From Phycisphaeraceae bacterium (GTDB lineage Bacteria > Planctomycetota > Phycisphaerae > Phycisphaerales > Phycisphaeraceae): a stretch of DNA of 64,000 bases. The stretch spans positions 4,224,001 to 4,288,000 of the forward strand of contig OY771506.1 in the NCBI GenBank assembly GCA_963674705.1, in the 5' to 3' direction. Positions within the stretch are counted from its first letter, which is position 1. Each line of letters begins with the position of its first letter. The notes beneath the pieces were generated by a model. That model made no database searches. It was not told where the DNA came from and was given only the letters and a program-made list of their open reading frames with translations. The translations under genes were made by a program, and so were the position numbers. Below are positions 30,891-40,238 of the stretch, in pieces.

Positions 30891-32174
30891 TCACGCCGCG
30901 TTGATCGAATGCGACTCGGTATCACATGTGCCGGAGTTAGCGGGATCATTGACGGTCATGCAAACAACGGTCAGGTCGTCGCGCTGATTCAGTGAACCGG
31001 TCTGCATGTTCAGGCGGTGGGCGAGACGTTCAAGTGCGACTTTAGCGTGGCCGACGCGCAGGTCCTCGAATTCCTCGGCGTACTGGTCGTTGGCGATCTT
31101 CTTTCGCCCTTTGCCGGCTTCATCATCGCTGCTGTCAAAGGCGACCTCGAAGCCGTCGGAATACAGCAGCACCCTATCGCCGGGCTCGAGCTTGACCGTG
31201 ATCTGATCAAACTGTTCATCGGGGAACACACCAAGCAGTCCGCCTTCAGGCTCGATAGTTTCGGTCCGTCCATCAGCTCGCAGGATCAGCGGGTAGGGGT
31301 GCCCGGCCCGGGCGACGGTCAGTTCGTTTGTCTCGGTGTTGATGATGCAATAGCAGGCCGTGGCAAAGCGGACCTTGCCGGTCTGGTGCTTGACCATCTC
31401 GCGGTTCAGGATGCCGATGGCCTCGCTCGGCTCATACAGCTGATACCCACCCTCAATCGACTCATCGACGACCTTAGTGGGCATGGATCGCTTGATGTTC
31501 ACGGTCATCAACGCAGCCGGCACGCCGTGACCCACCGCATCGGCGATGAACATGCCGTAATGCGTCTCATCAAGCCGGATCACGTCGTAGATATCGCCGC
31601 TGACATATCCTGCGGGTCTCCAGAGCACATCGAAACCGACGGCGTCGCTAGCCGGCATCTGCGACGGCATGAATTCTTTCTGGAGCTGGGCCGCCATCCG
31701 CAGTTCTTCATCGAGCTGAGCGATCTGGTTGCACAGGCCGCTTTCCTGGATCCGCAGCAGCTTGACCTCTTGTTTCAGGTCCGCCATGACCGGCGCCTGG
31801 CTCCACAGTGTCCGTAAAACGGTGTAGATCAGGTCGGGCGAAGCATCCAGTGGGCATGAGGTGATACCGTCTTCATAGCCTGAGACGGCCTGCTCGCCGC
31901 CGGGCAGGCTCAGCAGGGCGGGGAGCCGCTTCTCCTGGACTATGCCGATCGCTTCGTAGGCAACGGAGGACCCCTCATCTTCCAGGATCATCCACACGCA
32001 GGCAACACCTTTGAGTGCTTCCTGAGCATCTTCCTGGAAGTCGTGGCTGGAGATTTGCCGTAGTTTGGGCCGATCCGGGCCGCGCCAGCAGGACAACACA
32101 CGGCTTACCCGGTTTTCCACGTCACCGGCTTCAAATACCGGATCAACTACAAGCAGGAGGTCTGAGCCGAGCAT
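30891..32174 (-). CDS. SpoIIE/RsbU-type PP2C phosphatase
   Basis: VSGDIYD, IADAVGHGVPAAL, RAGHP, YSDG, DDLT. Confidence 0.92.
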   Translation of the reverse strand: MLGSDLLLVVDPVFEAGDVENRVSRVLSCWRGPDRPKLRQISSHDFQEDAQEALKGVACVWMILEDEGSSVAYEAIGIVQEKRLPALLSLPGGEQAVSGYEDGITSCPLDASPDLIYTVLRTLWSQAPVMADLKQEVKLLRIQESGLCNQIAQLDEELRMAAQLQKEFMPSQMPASDAVGFDVLWRPAGYVSGDIYDVIRLDETHYGMFIADAVGHGVPAALMTVNIKRSMPTKVVDESIEGGYQLYEPSEAIGILNREMVKHQTGKVRFATACYCIINTETNELTVARAGHPYPLILRADGRTETIEPEGGLLGVFPDEQFDQITVKLEPGDRVLLYSDGFEVAFDSSDDEAGKGRKKIANDQYAEEFEDLRVGHAKVALERLAHRLNMQTGSLNQRDDLTVVCMTVNDPANSGTCDTESHSINAA

Positions 32175-32222
32175 TCATCCCCACAACAGGCAGAAAAGTC
32201 GTCTTTCACTGGAAAGATCGAC

Positions 32223-32756
32223 TCATCGGACCCGGCTCTTAAGGTCCTCAACAGGTAGATCGATATGATCTCCCTGCTTAAGTCCGATCCGACGGATCGT
32301 ACCCTCGCGAAACTCAATGGCGTACTGGGCGGGGTAGTGACTTTCGTAATACCTGACGGGATTATGAGGATTAGGTTCCACCTGCATGGCGTGCATCCAG
32401 ACCACCTCCCCCTTGGCATTCAGAAACGCAATATCGATCGGTACCAGACAGTCGATCATCCAGAATTGACGTTGTTCTTCTTTCGGAAAGACAAATAACA
32501 TCCCGCCATCTGCGGGGATATCCTCACGGCCTGATAATCCCTGTTGCCGGGAATCATCATCCAGCGCCAGTTCAAGCGTGAAGGTTTCGCCTTTGATCGT
32601 GAGAGTCAGTTCCTGTTTTGACGGTTCGGTCGTTGTTTGCTGAACGTCGGTCGTAGAAGAACCGGTCGTGGCCGGCGGTTCTTCCTTGGATGAACAGCCA
32701 GTCAGCAGTGACGCGATAAGCAATAACTGAACAATCAACAACCGTGCAATAGCCAA
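32223..32756 (-). CDS. DUF192 family lipoprotein
   Basis: LTGC lipobox; QGLSGR, GMLFVF, FWM...PIDIAF. Confidence 0.88.
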   Translation of the reverse strand: MAIARLLIVQLLLIASLLTGCSSKEEPPATTGSSTTDVQQTTTEPSKQELTLTIKGETFTLELALDDDSRQQGLSGREDIPADGGMLFVFPKEEQRQFWMIDCLVPIDIAFLNAKGEVVWMHAMQVEPNPHNPVRYYESHYPAQYAIEFREGTIRRIGLKQGDHIDLPVEDLKSRVR

Positions 32757-33721
32757 GCCTCGTGCTCCTCGGTGAAAGTTACCGGGTCTTTCGACAACTT
32801 CGTCAGGTCAAATGCTTCGGCAAACGTTTTCGCTGACATCTCAGTGAGTTGGTCCACGATACCGGACCAAAACGCCAGCAGTCCCACTATTCGCTCAGCG
32901 GAAACACCTCGTTGACGGTAGGTGTCCAGCCGTGTGTCGCCGTGACGTTTGGCAAGACGCCTGCCATCGTGGCCCAGTACCAGCGGCAGGTGTGTGTAAC
33001 TGGGAACCGGCCCCAGTCCTAAACGATCATATATCAGCAATTGCCTGCCGGTCGAGCGTATCAGATCATCCCCGCGTACGACTTGTGTAACTCCCTGGCG
33101 TGCATCGTCCACCACGACCGCTAACTGATACGCAGGCAGGCCTGCCTTGGATGCAACGATAAAGTCACCGACCGTTTGATGGTTATCCACACGCTGCAGG
33201 CCGTGCAAGCCATCTTGGAACGTGACCTCGCCCTCCGGGACGATTAACCGCCACGCCTGATGAGATTCTTTGAGCAATTCTGAACAGTCAAAGATGGTAT
33301 TGATATGGGCCTCGGGCCTGCAAGTGCCGGGATATCGCAATTCGTGGCTGTCCTCATGCGGGGCGGATTGGGCTTGCTCGATGTCCTTGCGCGTACAAAC
33401 GCAGGGGTATATCTCGCCATGCTCAAGCAACTGGCACAAGGCCGCGTGATAGGGGGCCAGGTCCGACGCTTGATAGTACGGCCCCTCGTCCCAATCCATC
33501 CCCAGCCAGCCAAGCAGGTCAATAGCCAGCTTGTCCGCATCATCCTTGATGCGTGGCCCATCCAGGTCCTCGATCCGCAGAACGATCCGCCAGCCTGCCT
33601 GCCGGGCCATCGCCCAATTGATCAGAAACGATCGTGCATTACCCAGGTGCAAGGCTCCGGTCGGTGAGGGCGCCAGCCGGGTCACTTGGCTGCTTTGGGC
33701 TGTGGTTTGTGACGTTGACAT
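32735..33721 (-). CDS. gluQ: Glutamyl-Q tRNA(Asp) synthetase
   Basis: RLAPSPTGALHLGN, RIEDLD, YPGTCR, YQLAVVVDD, RGDDL, LAKR; no anticodon-binding domain. Confidence 0.92.
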   Translation of the reverse strand: MSTSQTTAQSSQVTRLAPSPTGALHLGNARSFLINWAMARQAGWRIVLRIEDLDGPRIKDDADKLAIDLLGWLGMDWDEGPYYQASDLAPYHAALCQLLEHGEIYPCVCTRKDIEQAQSAPHEDSHELRYPGTCRPEAHINTIFDCSELLKESHQAWRLIVPEGEVTFQDGLHGLQRVDNHQTVGDFIVASKAGLPAYQLAVVVDDARQGVTQVVRGDDLIRSTGRQLLIYDRLGLGPVPSYTHLPLVLGHDGRRLAKRHGDTRLDTYRQRGVSAERIVGLLAFWSGIVDQLTEMSAKTFAEAFDLTKLSKDPVTFTEEHEAWLLHGC

Positions 33722-33740
33722 ACTCGGGTATCGTATCCGC

Positions 33741-34391
33741 ATGCCGATCCAAGTACCCACAGCGAGTCATAAACCGATCCGATTGGCCGTGCTGCTCAGC
33801 GGCGGGGGCACGACGCTGGCAAACCTGACCGCCAAGATCGCTTCGGGCGATCTGGACGCCGAGGTAGCGATCGCGATCAGTTCCAATCAGAAGGCCTTCG
33901 AGAAGCTTCAATCACGGGATCTGGGTGTGCCGGCTCATCTGGTCGCCCGCAAGTCCTATGACGATACGCAAGCTTTCTCTGAAGCGGTGTTCAAACTCAT
34001 CCGTGAGGCCGAGGTCGACCTGGTCTGCCTGGCAGGGTTCCTGTGCCTGCTGTCGATCCCCGACGAATACGCTTATCGCGTTCTGAACATCCACCCGGCC
34101 TTGCTGCCTGCTTTCGGAGGAAAGGGCATGTACGGCCATCACGTCCACGAGGCGGTCCTACAGGCTGGATGCAAGGTCTCCGGCTGCACGGTCCACTTCG
34201 CAGACCAGACCTATGACACCGGCCCGATCCTCGTACAACGAACGTGCCCGGTCGAGAATGATGACACCCCCGACACGCTGGCCGCCCGCGTCTTCGAGCA
34301 GGAATGCCTGGCCTACCCTGAAGCGATACGCTTGATCGCAAGCGGGCAGATTGAAGTCGATCAGAGAATCACCCGTGTAGGTCCTAGCTAA
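33741..34391 (+). CDS. purN: Phosphoribosylglycinamide formyltransferase
   Basis: LLSGGGTT, LAGF, NIHPALLP, GCTVHF, YDTGPI. Confidence 0.96.
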   Translation: MPIQVPTASHKPIRLAVLLSGGGTTLANLTAKIASGDLDAEVAIAISSNQKAFEKLQSRDLGVPAHLVARKSYDDTQAFSEAVFKLIREAEVDLVCLAGFLCLLSIPDEYAYRVLNIHPALLPAFGGKGMYGHHVHEAVLQAGCKVSGCTVHFADQTYDTGPILVQRTCPVENDDTPDTLAARVFEQECLAYPEAIRLIASGQIEVDQRITRVGPS

Positions 34392-34483
34392 CTACCCTCG
34401 CGATTCAAATGAACCACAGGATGGAAGTGATCGGCTTCCACCCTGTGGCATCATTGCATTTTAAAGTTGACTCATTGGGATTA

Positions 34484-35380
34484 TCAGCGTCTGCGGCAGG
34501 CAAGTGCCAATGTACCCAGGGCCAGTAAGCCGAGGCTTGCCGGCTCCGGCACCAGGGTCGCGTCCGCAACCGCTGTAAGTTGCAGGCCATCCGCCTCGGT
34601 CAGCCCTAATCCTGTCAGCACACCGCTCAGATCGATGTCACTGGTCGTAGGATCGTCGTAGATCATGGCATAGATGACGAGCGAGGTAAGCAGGGTGCCG
34701 CGGTTCTGGGCGTGGTAGATATCGCCGGAGTGCAGGTTGTCCCAGTTCGCGTTTTCCCAGGCATCGCCGACCGGGGCGTAGAGCGCGGAACCTGTTCCGT
34801 AAGCAGCGTTGATGTCACCGGTTGACAGCGTATACCCCTCGCGAACCTCTTGCTGCATGGCTTCAGGGCTGGCGAACGTGCCGGGGTAGTACGAGTGGCC
34901 CGGGCCACGTGCCCAGGTCTCGAACATGATGGCCGTCACATCCGGGCTGTGCGCCGCCACGGCATCCCGCATCGCCACCGCATTGGTCCGATGCTGTGCG
35001 ACATTGCCGATGTGTGTCGGAGCAGTCGAATAATCCTGAAGGACGACATAATCCCAATTCTGACCGGGAGCGATCGCGGTCGTAATGGGACTGAGGTTGT
35101 AACTGAGATGCCAACTGAAACTTTGGCCATTCACGGCGGCATTGATCGAATACGGGGCTGGATTACCCGCCGCCACCGCGATCTCGGAAACTAAAGTCGG
35201 CACGCTCTTGGTGCTACCGACACCGTTCGTAAAACTGTTGCCGTAGTAAAGAATGTTAACCGCCTGAGCACGATCTGTAGCAGCCAGCAACATGACCACA
35301 GCCAAACAACACATGCATGTTTTCAATAGAAGTCTATTCACGAGGATTCTCCTCTCACTGATAGGTTGAAGTGAGTTCAA
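34484..35380 (-). CDS. PEP-CTERM protein with an SGNH-like domain (true start may be further downstream)
   Basis: YYGNSFT, WDYVVLQD, PVGDAW, DIYH; C-terminal VPEP + TM + RRR. Confidence 0.8.
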   Translation of the reverse strand: MNSLQPISERRILVNRLLLKTCMCCLAVVMLLAATDRAQAVNILYYGNSFTNGVGSTKSVPTLVSEIAVAAGNPAPYSINAAVNGQSFSWHLSYNLSPITTAIAPGQNWDYVVLQDYSTAPTHIGNVAQHRTNAVAMRDAVAAHSPDVTAIMFETWARGPGHSYYPGTFASPEAMQQEVREGYTLSTGDINAAYGTGSALYAPVGDAWENANWDNLHSGDIYHAQNRGTLLTSLVIYAMIYDDPTTSDIDLSGVLTGLGLTEADGLQLTAVADATLVPEPASLGLLALGTLALACRRR

Positions 35381-36081
35381 TGACGACGCATCGCGACCAG
35401 CACACCACCCAGACTCAACAAGACCAGGCTCGTTGGTTCGGGCACCGTGGTGATCTGCATCGCGCCGAGATAGTAGAATCCGCTTGAATTAACGTTGTTC
35501 GGGCCGGGGCTGACATCGATGGTGATCACACCCGCAGCGTCGGGGATCATGCCCGTGACGATCGCCACGTTATCCGTATTGTTGGACGGATCGAGGTAGC
35601 CGATATCGCTGTTAGCGCCACTGATCGCGAATTGAGTCTCGCGGTTGTCACTGACACTCATACGTGAGCCGAAGAAGACGAAGTCATACGTGGTCGCCCC
35701 GGAACTATCCAATCCTGTAAGTGTCAACGTCGCCAAGGGCAGGGGGGCGGGCTGGTTAAAATTAACAGTGTGACCGAAGAGGTTATCAACTGTGGCCGTG
35801 GTATCGAAGATCGACGCAGCGCCACCCGGGGTGGAGGTCCCGTTCTGATTGGACCCGGGATTGAATCCCACGGTTGTCAACCCGATCCCCGTTCCCGCAC
35901 CGGTAGTATCCAGTGCATTGAAGATCGGCAACTGGTTCTGCGTCACATTGTTGTAGTTATTTCCTGATGGTGTCGTGATTTCGCCGAAGTCAAACATCAA
36001 TGTGTTGGCCGAAGCATTGATACCGAGTGTAAGAACAGCCGTTAAACCGATAGTCGCTAACTTTGTGATACGATGAAACAT
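35377..36081 (-). CDS. PEP-CTERM surface protein
   Basis: Signal peptide; C-terminal VPEPTSLVLL...MRRH; AGGAGG Shine-Dalgarno. Confidence 0.88.
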   Translation of the reverse strand: MFHRITKLATIGLTAVLTLGINASANTLMFDFGEITTPSGNNYNNVTQNQLPIFNALDTTGAGTGIGLTTVGFNPGSNQNGTSTPGGAASIFDTTATVDNLFGHTVNFNQPAPLPLATLTLTGLDSSGATTYDFVFFGSRMSVSDNRETQFAISGANSDIGYLDPSNNTDNVAIVTGMIPDAAGVITIDVSPGPNNVNSSGFYYLGAMQITTVPEPTSLVLLSLGGVLVAMRRH

Positions 36082-36224
36082 CTCTAGTCCTCCTGAGGAT
36101 AAAATGAATACATGAAGTAGTCGGCGTGTGAATACATGGGCCGACGATGTGCAACTTGCCGAGGTGTTTGTGAATTGCTTGGTCTCTCTCCTCCTGTTCT
36201 GTGATTTGAAAAATGCAGAATTAT

Positions 36225-37271
36225 CTATTTGCCTTGATCGATCAGGGGAATCCCACCCGGCTGAACGCGTACGGGTTTGCCGGTTGGCGCAGCGGATGTC
36301 TGGTTGATCTCAAGCGTTGCAGGCAGCGCCTTCTGGATAGGCTCATTCATCCAGCCGCCTATCACACCGACGATCCAATGCCCGGCCTCGTAACCAAGTT
36401 CCTCTGTCGGCTGACACACTGCCGAAAGCATCGGGTTGACTTGCCGTCGCATGCGCCCGTCGTCAAAGCCAATCACCGAGAGCTGCTCCGGTACGGCTAT
36501 GTTCGCTAAATGAGCCTGGGATAACGCCCCGACAGCCGGATAGGGGTCTGCAAAGAAAACAGCGGTGGGGGGCTGGCGCTTGCTCATCAACTCATTGATC
36601 GCAGCACGCCCGCCTTCACGCGTCGGGTCTACCCGAACCACAAGCGAATCGTCGAAATCGATTCCGTGATGCTCAAGCGAGCGGCGGTAACCGGCAAAAC
36701 GATCTTCGTGATCGTGGTCATTAAAAGGCGGCAACGCCAAACCGATACGCTTGTGCCCCAGTTCGATCAGGTGATCGATCGCCCGTTCACTGGCGACTGA
36801 CGTGTCGCAGCAGACATAATTGATCCCGGGCTCATCGAAACGCTCAGCGATCGTGACACTGGGAAATCCTTCCTCGCTGATGGCCTGACATAACCGGAGG
36901 TTGCTCGATCCGGGCGGGATCACCACGCCACGCACACCACGACTATGGAAAAATGCGGTATAGGTGTCCTCATCCGTCTTATCACGCGTCACGTCGATGA
37001 ACTGCAGGTCCAGCTTGGATGTGTGTAAACCCCGACGGATCCCGTTCAACAACAGGCAGTCATAGAGCGTCAGGTCCCGGCGGCTGTCCACCATCATTCC
37101 GATGCAGCACCGCCCCTGGGCCGAATTGGGCACGGCATACCCCGCCTCATTGGCCGCCAATGCAACGCGCCGGCGAGTCTCCGCGCTGATGCCGGGATGG
37201 CTGTTCAAAGCCCGGGACACCGTAGCCGCCGATACGCCGGCTCGTTTCGCGATGTCACGGACAGAAGCCAT
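36225..37271 (-). CDS. LacI family transcriptional regulator
   Basis: SVRDIAKRAGVSAATVSRALN, GHKRIG, PTAVF, LSVIGFDD. Confidence 0.95.
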   Translation of the reverse strand: MASVRDIAKRAGVSAATVSRALNSHPGISAETRRRVALAANEAGYAVPNSAQGRCCIGMMVDSRRDLTLYDCLLLNGIRRGLHTSKLDLQFIDVTRDKTDEDTYTAFFHSRGVRGVVIPPGSSNLRLCQAISEEGFPSVTIAERFDEPGINYVCCDTSVASERAIDHLIELGHKRIGLALPPFNDHDHEDRFAGYRRSLEHHGIDFDDSLVVRVDPTREGGRAAINELMSKRQPPTAVFFADPYPAVGALSQAHLANIAVPEQLSVIGFDDGRMRRQVNPMLSAVCQPTEELGYEAGHWIVGVIGGWMNEPIQKALPATLEINQTSAAPTGKPVRVQPGGIPLIDQGK

Positions 37272-37287
37272 ACCAATCTCCCCAAAG

Positions 37288-37322
37288 GCAACAAATGTGC
37301 AACAAATATGCAACAAATATGC
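37288..37322. repeat. Three tandem 11-bp units GCAACAAAT(A/G)T upstream of the LacI gene
   Basis: GCAACAAATGT GCAACAAATAT GCAACAAATAT GC, read directly from the sequence. Confidence 0.85.
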
Positions 37323-37581
37323 CATAGTGTTGCAATCAGCACAGGCAATGTCAAGCATAATCCCCAAAATTATTGATTTTTTGATCTATAAACATGATAT
37401 TATAGGGTATTGTGTTGGTAACATATGTGCAACACATACTCGCGGTAGATAACCACAATTGTGTTGAATTGGTTTTCGTCGCACGATCTCGATAGGGCTC
37501 CCGATTCATCCGCACACGAGCACATCTATCCCCAATACTGCATACTTCAGTGGACGTGCCGGACGGTCGATTAATCGCTGT

Positions 37582-38220
37582 ATGCCCTGGTTTGGTAATA
37601 AAAAGCCTGACGTCGACTTGAGTTCTTTGGCTGAGGGCAAGGACCCGCGAAGGGGTGCTCCGAGGCAGACGACCGACACCTTGAACTGCCATCTTGGCGA
37701 AGTGATGGATATCTCAAAGACCGGCGTACGCATCCGCTGTGCATCCAAACCGCCGTTCACCCCGGGCTCAGTCACATCCATTACGTTCATCCACCCCAGC
37801 GGGAAACTGCAGGTTTTCGTCCAGGAACGCTGGCGTAAACGCAAAGGGATCCGCGGCTGCTACGACATCGGTTTGATGTTCGTTAAGAACTCGCCAAAGG
37901 CGCTCAAAACCATCGAATCGTTGATGAAGTTTGGCTTCGTCTGTCCCGACGCTGTGCAAGACGATGAGTCAAAAAAGAAGCAGAAACCCAAACTGCGAGT
38001 CTCAGTTCACCTGCCGGATTACTACGCAGAATTGAACCTGACCAAAGAAGCTGCGGATCAGGATATTCAACACGCCTACCGCGTGCTTGCCCGTGAGTAC
38101 CACCCGGATCACAACAAGAATCCGGAAGCCCAACAGCGCTTTGTCAATATCACACAGGCCTACAAAGTGCTATCCGATCCCGAGCAGCGCCGCAGTTATG
38201 ACACGCGTCTAGCGGGTTGA
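37582..38220 (+). CDS. PilZ-like domain fused to a C-terminal DnaJ (J) domain
   Basis: RGAPR (RxxxR) and DISKTG (DxSxxG); J-domain DYY...YHPD...AYKVLSDPEQRRSYD. Confidence 0.85.
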   Translation: MPWFGNKKPDVDLSSLAEGKDPRRGAPRQTTDTLNCHLGEVMDISKTGVRIRCASKPPFTPGSVTSITFIHPSGKLQVFVQERWRKRKGIRGCYDIGLMFVKNSPKALKTIESLMKFGFVCPDAVQDDESKKKQKPKLRVSVHLPDYYAELNLTKEAADQDIQHAYRVLAREYHPDHNKNPEAQQRFVNITQAYKVLSDPEQRRSYDTRLAG

Positions 38221-38265
38221 CTCGAAGCCTACCCATTACTGACTTTTCACTGTTCCGATATGTCT

Positions 38266-38919
38266 TTACAGGCTGGAGATAGCCCACACATACAGCTCAA
38301 CGACCGCGTATACCGGAAGCATAATCACACTCGCTACCGCGAACGTAAACAGAAATGCGAAAAACATGATCCCTTGATGTGCCGGGTCTGAAATAAACCG
38401 GGCATAGCCACGGCTGAAGTTGGCAAGGATATGTGAGCCGTCCAACGGCGGGACCGGCATCAGGTTGAATACCCCCAACAGGATATTAATCCCACCGAAT
38501 GCATTGAGTAAGATTTCGATGTTTTCTTCAAGCTGCGTGTCGATCGGCCCACCGAAACGATACCACAGCCCCAAGCCGGTCAACGCTACAAATCCCAGAA
38601 TAAAATTCGTCGCGGGCCCCGCAAATGCAACCAGGGCCTCGGCATATTTACCGCGCATACGCGTGGGGTCGATCGGCATCTGCCCCCACGCTATGCCAAT
38701 CATGAGTAACGCAACTAACGAGAATGGCCCCATGTGCACCAGCGGATTGCCGGTCATGTGACCCGTGCGGATCGGCGTATCATCGCCCAACCGGATCGCC
38801 GCCCAGCCGTGAGCCAACTCGTGCAGTGTGATGCTGATCACCACGGTAATCACCGCGGCAAAGAAAAACGTCCGCTGGGTCGGGTCAAAGGCTTTTTCAA
38901 TGAAAAGATTTCCGAACAA
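38266..38919 (-). CDS. Site-2 protease (M50) family protein
   Basis: HELAHG, AGPATN, FNLMPVPPLDG. Confidence 0.93.
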   Translation of the reverse strand: MFGNLFIEKAFDPTQRTFFFAAVITVVISITLHELAHGWAAIRLGDDTPIRTGHMTGNPLVHMGPFSLVALLMIGIAWGQMPIDPTRMRGKYAEALVAFAGPATNFILGFVALTGLGLWYRFGGPIDTQLEENIEILLNAFGGINILLGVFNLMPVPPLDGSHILANFSRGYARFISDPAHQGIMFFAFLFTFAVASVIMLPVYAVVELYVWAISSL

Positions 38920-39020
38920 TCACTTACCCTCTGGTCGAACCGCTACATTTCTGCGACACTGTGTGCCTCATGGTAGGGATGCCACAAACCCATCAATCGT
39001 CACAAGGATGAGACACAGAC

Positions 39021-40232
39021 ATGATACTCTCTGCTAACCGCTTGTGTTCAGGGCTCTTCCTGAGCATGTGTATCGTTGCACTTGGTTTGCTCCCCGGCTG
39101 CAATCGTGCCGCAGTCGCGCCGCCGGATTACAGCCGACCTTTGCCGCCCGGCGCCAGCGCTCTGCGTTTGGTCACGGACCCGGCGCGGGTGCCGGATATG
39201 TCCTCCGCTGTCCGGCAACTGTCAGATCCCGGCTTCCAGCAGGCGCTGGCAAACAGCATCACGTGGTATGACATCCCGTCGACTCAGGGCCTGTTCCCCG
39301 TCGCCGGCATCAGCCACGTCCACGCTCAGACTTCTGCCTGGGCTTTGCTGCAGATCAGCCGCAGTCCCAATCCATTAGGCGAAATCCACAGCAACTTCGA
39401 TGTCTATGAATCTGTCGGCTACGACGGCTCAGGCATCGTCTTCTTCACCGGTTACTACAGCCCGGTCTTCAAGGCGTCACGCACCCGAACGGCCAACTTC
39501 CAGTATCCGCTGTACAAAAAGCCCGCCGATCTGTCGACGAATCCGCTCACCGGCGAAGTGATGGGTAGCTACCCTACCCGCTCGCAGCTCGAATCCTCAA
39601 ATTCGCTTGCCGGGACGGAGTTGGTCTATCTGGCCACCCGATTGGACGCCTATATCATCCAGGTCAACGGCTCAGCCAAACTCGAAATGACCGATGGGTC
39701 CACCATGTACGTCGGCTATGCCGGCACCAACGGCCACGAATACACCAGTATCGGCCAGGAACTGGTTAAGGACGGCAAGATCAACCCTGATCGCTTGAGT
39801 CTTCCGACGCTGCGGGCCTACTTCCAGTCCAACCCGGGCGAACTCGACGGCTACATCAAACGCAACGACCGGTTCGTGTTCTTCCGGGAATACTCCGGCG
39901 ACACCTGGCCCGCCGGCTCGCTGGGCTTCAAGGTGACGCCTCGACGCTCCCTTGCCACGGACAAATCCATCTTCCCCCGAGCCTGTGTCGTGCTGGTGAC
40001 GACCGACAAGGGGCCGAGCGGGGGATGGGCGATGCCGACCAGCCAGCTCATGCTCGATCAGGACACCGGCGGGGCGATCCGGGCACCCGGGCGCGGCGAC
40101 ATCTACTTCGGGATCGGCCCCAGCGCTGAGGCCAACGCCGGCAGGCAGGCCGCCGAGGGCAGGATGTATTACCTGCTATTGAAGCGTGACTGCGTCCAGG
40201 CATGGTACGACCGGATGAAGGGTTCGCAGTAA
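39021..40232 (+). CDS. mltA: MltA family lytic transglycosylase lipoprotein
   Basis: LPGC lipobox; FTGYYSP, IQVNGS, YAGTNGHEY, QDTGGAI, DIYFG. Confidence 0.9.
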   Translation: MILSANRLCSGLFLSMCIVALGLLPGCNRAAVAPPDYSRPLPPGASALRLVTDPARVPDMSSAVRQLSDPGFQQALANSITWYDIPSTQGLFPVAGISHVHAQTSAWALLQISRSPNPLGEIHSNFDVYESVGYDGSGIVFFTGYYSPVFKASRTRTANFQYPLYKKPADLSTNPLTGEVMGSYPTRSQLESSNSLAGTELVYLATRLDAYIIQVNGSAKLEMTDGSTMYVGYAGTNGHEYTSIGQELVKDGKINPDRLSLPTLRAYFQSNPGELDGYIKRNDRFVFFREYSGDTWPAGSLGFKVTPRRSLATDKSIFPRACVVLVTTDKGPSGGWAMPTSQLMLDQDTGGAIRAPGRGDIYFGIGPSAEANAGRQAAEGRMYYLLLKRDCVQAWYDRMKGSQ

Positions 40233-40238
40233 GTAGCG

